Source: an uncultured Chloroflexia bacterium
GTDB lineage: Bacteria > Chloroflexota > Anaerolineae > JAAYZQ01
DNA length: 64,000 nucleotides
Direction of reading: 5' to 3'
Assembly (NCBI GenBank): GCA_963700285.1
Contig: CAVOXA010000022.1
Span: 1 to 64,000, forward strand
Shown: positions 63,801 to 64,000 of the stretch, in pieces
How the letters are laid out: each line of letters begins with the position of its first letter
Numbering within the stretch: the stretch's first letter is position 1
Notes under the pieces: generated by a model
Told to the model about the DNA's origin: nothing
The model's input: the letters and a program-made list of their open reading frames with translations, nothing else
Databases searched by the model: none
Translations under genes and position numbers: made by a program

Positions 63801-63951
63801 CGATCCCGCCGATGCTGGGGGCCGAATCCAATAGATAGACCTTGTACCCAGAGTCAGCCAGGTCCACGGCGGCGCGCATGCCTCCCACTCCGGCGCCGAC
63901 GACCATTACCGAGCCGAGCATTTTGCGTTGAACCACTACGTTCCTCCCCAA
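60838..63951 (-). CDS. hdrA: HdrA-like flavoprotein (two FAD domains)
   Basis: GAGVGG, FPTHDCVLC, CINCDECTKICP, QCIGSRD..CSSICC, GGGLAG, YCSRTCC, terminal ferredoxin motifs. Confidence 0.93.
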   Translation of the reverse strand: MGRNVVVQRKMLGSVMVVGAGVGGMRAAVDLADSGYKVYLLDSAPSIGGIVAQLGFMFPTHDCVLCRGTSDHGYGCSRPSISPFLLDHSQHSNIEIMTNSTVVGAKGLPGDFTVKVHHQPRYVDISLCINCDECTKICPVDLTSEYQAGLVTRKAAYKPSIRAAPNAYVIEKGPYCEPCRKCEEICPTKAINLDQEDWYEEINVGAIILAVGYQLYDPTPMEELGYGRYPNVVTGIQYERLSSRSGPTEGIVERPSDGKIPERIAWLQCIGSRDQEHPYCSSICCMYATKEAVLAKERLPGVECEVFIMDERAFSKEYTAYFEQSKDLWGVEYTRCRISEIKQDPTNNDLILHYQDEKGQLRRKTFDMVVLSVGSVPPPKAVALAGDMQIELNEYGFAKTDKFEPVDTSRPGVFVAGAFATPKEIAETVMDASGAAARCMALLSGKSGTEITKPDYPPERDVSGQEPRIGVFACYCHPTIDEVVDVDGVLAHTGAMPGVVHTQALDYGCLPGGPEAIQDAIREHNLNRVVIGACTPRTHLALFHHVIQQEGLNPQLLEFVSLRDNCAWVHADDPAGATRKAKEEMRIGVARVGRFEPYQKESRPHIRSALVIGGGLAGMTSALSIADEGYDVFLVEKSGELGGNLKYLYRTAEGPSPQRLLHSLVKRVHSHERIALHYNTEVIGYEGHVGNFRTRLDYAGDGEPPQCWEIEHGVTVVATGGYEYKGNTFLYGEHPRVITQLELEKQLAQDVDSARRLKQVVMIQCVNPDGTAVHYCSRTCCTNTMKNASLIKQINPDCEVYVLYKDLITYGFREEYYTDARERGVIFLRYQEGSPPQVQVDNGRVQVHITDLTLEQELIFNPDLLALSMAIMPAETNPELARILGVPLSSEGFFMEDNLKLRPMDFTREGIFLAGLAHYPKFIEETIAQALATSARAMTYLSKDRLEVGGTIAIVEQSKCVGCLTCVRVCPFQVPAIDAQAVGVGDIIGAAFIEPSLCTGCGICTSECPADAIQLRHYRDDQLVLAEAPILGQWAYA

Positions 63952-64000
63952 GTACTAGCTGTATTGTAGCTGCGGCGGGCGCCTTGGAGCCCGCGGCGGC

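Noticed and set aside
47594-63951. Methanogenesis or archaeal origin from the hdr/mvh genes
   Set aside because: THF-type enzymes, bacterial ACS, sigma70 promoters and Shine-Dalgarno sites indicate a bacterium; no mcr/mtr genes in the window.
1-64000. tRNA or rRNA genes
   Set aside because: None recognisable by eye in the intergenic regions; tRNAscan-SE/Infernal was not run.

Overview
GC-rich bacterial DNA, most consistent with an anaerobic Chloroflexota (Anaerolineae-like) genome; the taxonomy is inferred from gene content and repeat style only. Many single-base frameshifts, densest in 1-23 kb and also present in housekeeping genes, point to long-read consensus errors, so split ORFs are joined below and some ends are approximate. 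The window has four blocks. (1) 1-14.7 kb: a type-1-like BREX locus (brxC end, pglX, pglZ, brxL) with an accessory gene at every junction: a cold-shock/Tudor-like/DEAH-DUF1998 helicase, a Fic-wHTH protein and a Phd-VapC toxin-antitoxin pair. (2) 15-26 kb: housekeeping genes (moeA, mobB, MTA/SAH deaminase-CYTH, GNAT + OSBS/NSAR, shikimate kinase-like, mtnP, xth, ferredoxin) and an IS110 fragment enclosed in a REP-like element. (3) 26-45 kb: a Wood-Ljungdahl cluster (acsE, acsV, acsC, acsD, CBS protein, acsB, cooS, a Cys-less HMA protein, fhs, two divergent folD around a two-component system, fchA). (4) 45-64 kb: a REP-associated Y1 transposase (RAYT) between two ~1 kb arrays of 78/45-bp double-hairpin repeats, then an hdrA-mvhD-hdrC-hdrB-hdrA(L)-mvhD(Sec)-tldD-pmbA-metV-metF-hdrCB operon. 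The best novelty candidates are the BREX-embedded CSD-Tudor helicase, the RAYT array system, the His-type HMA protein next to CODH, and the FolD pair with predicted NADP/NAD specificities.
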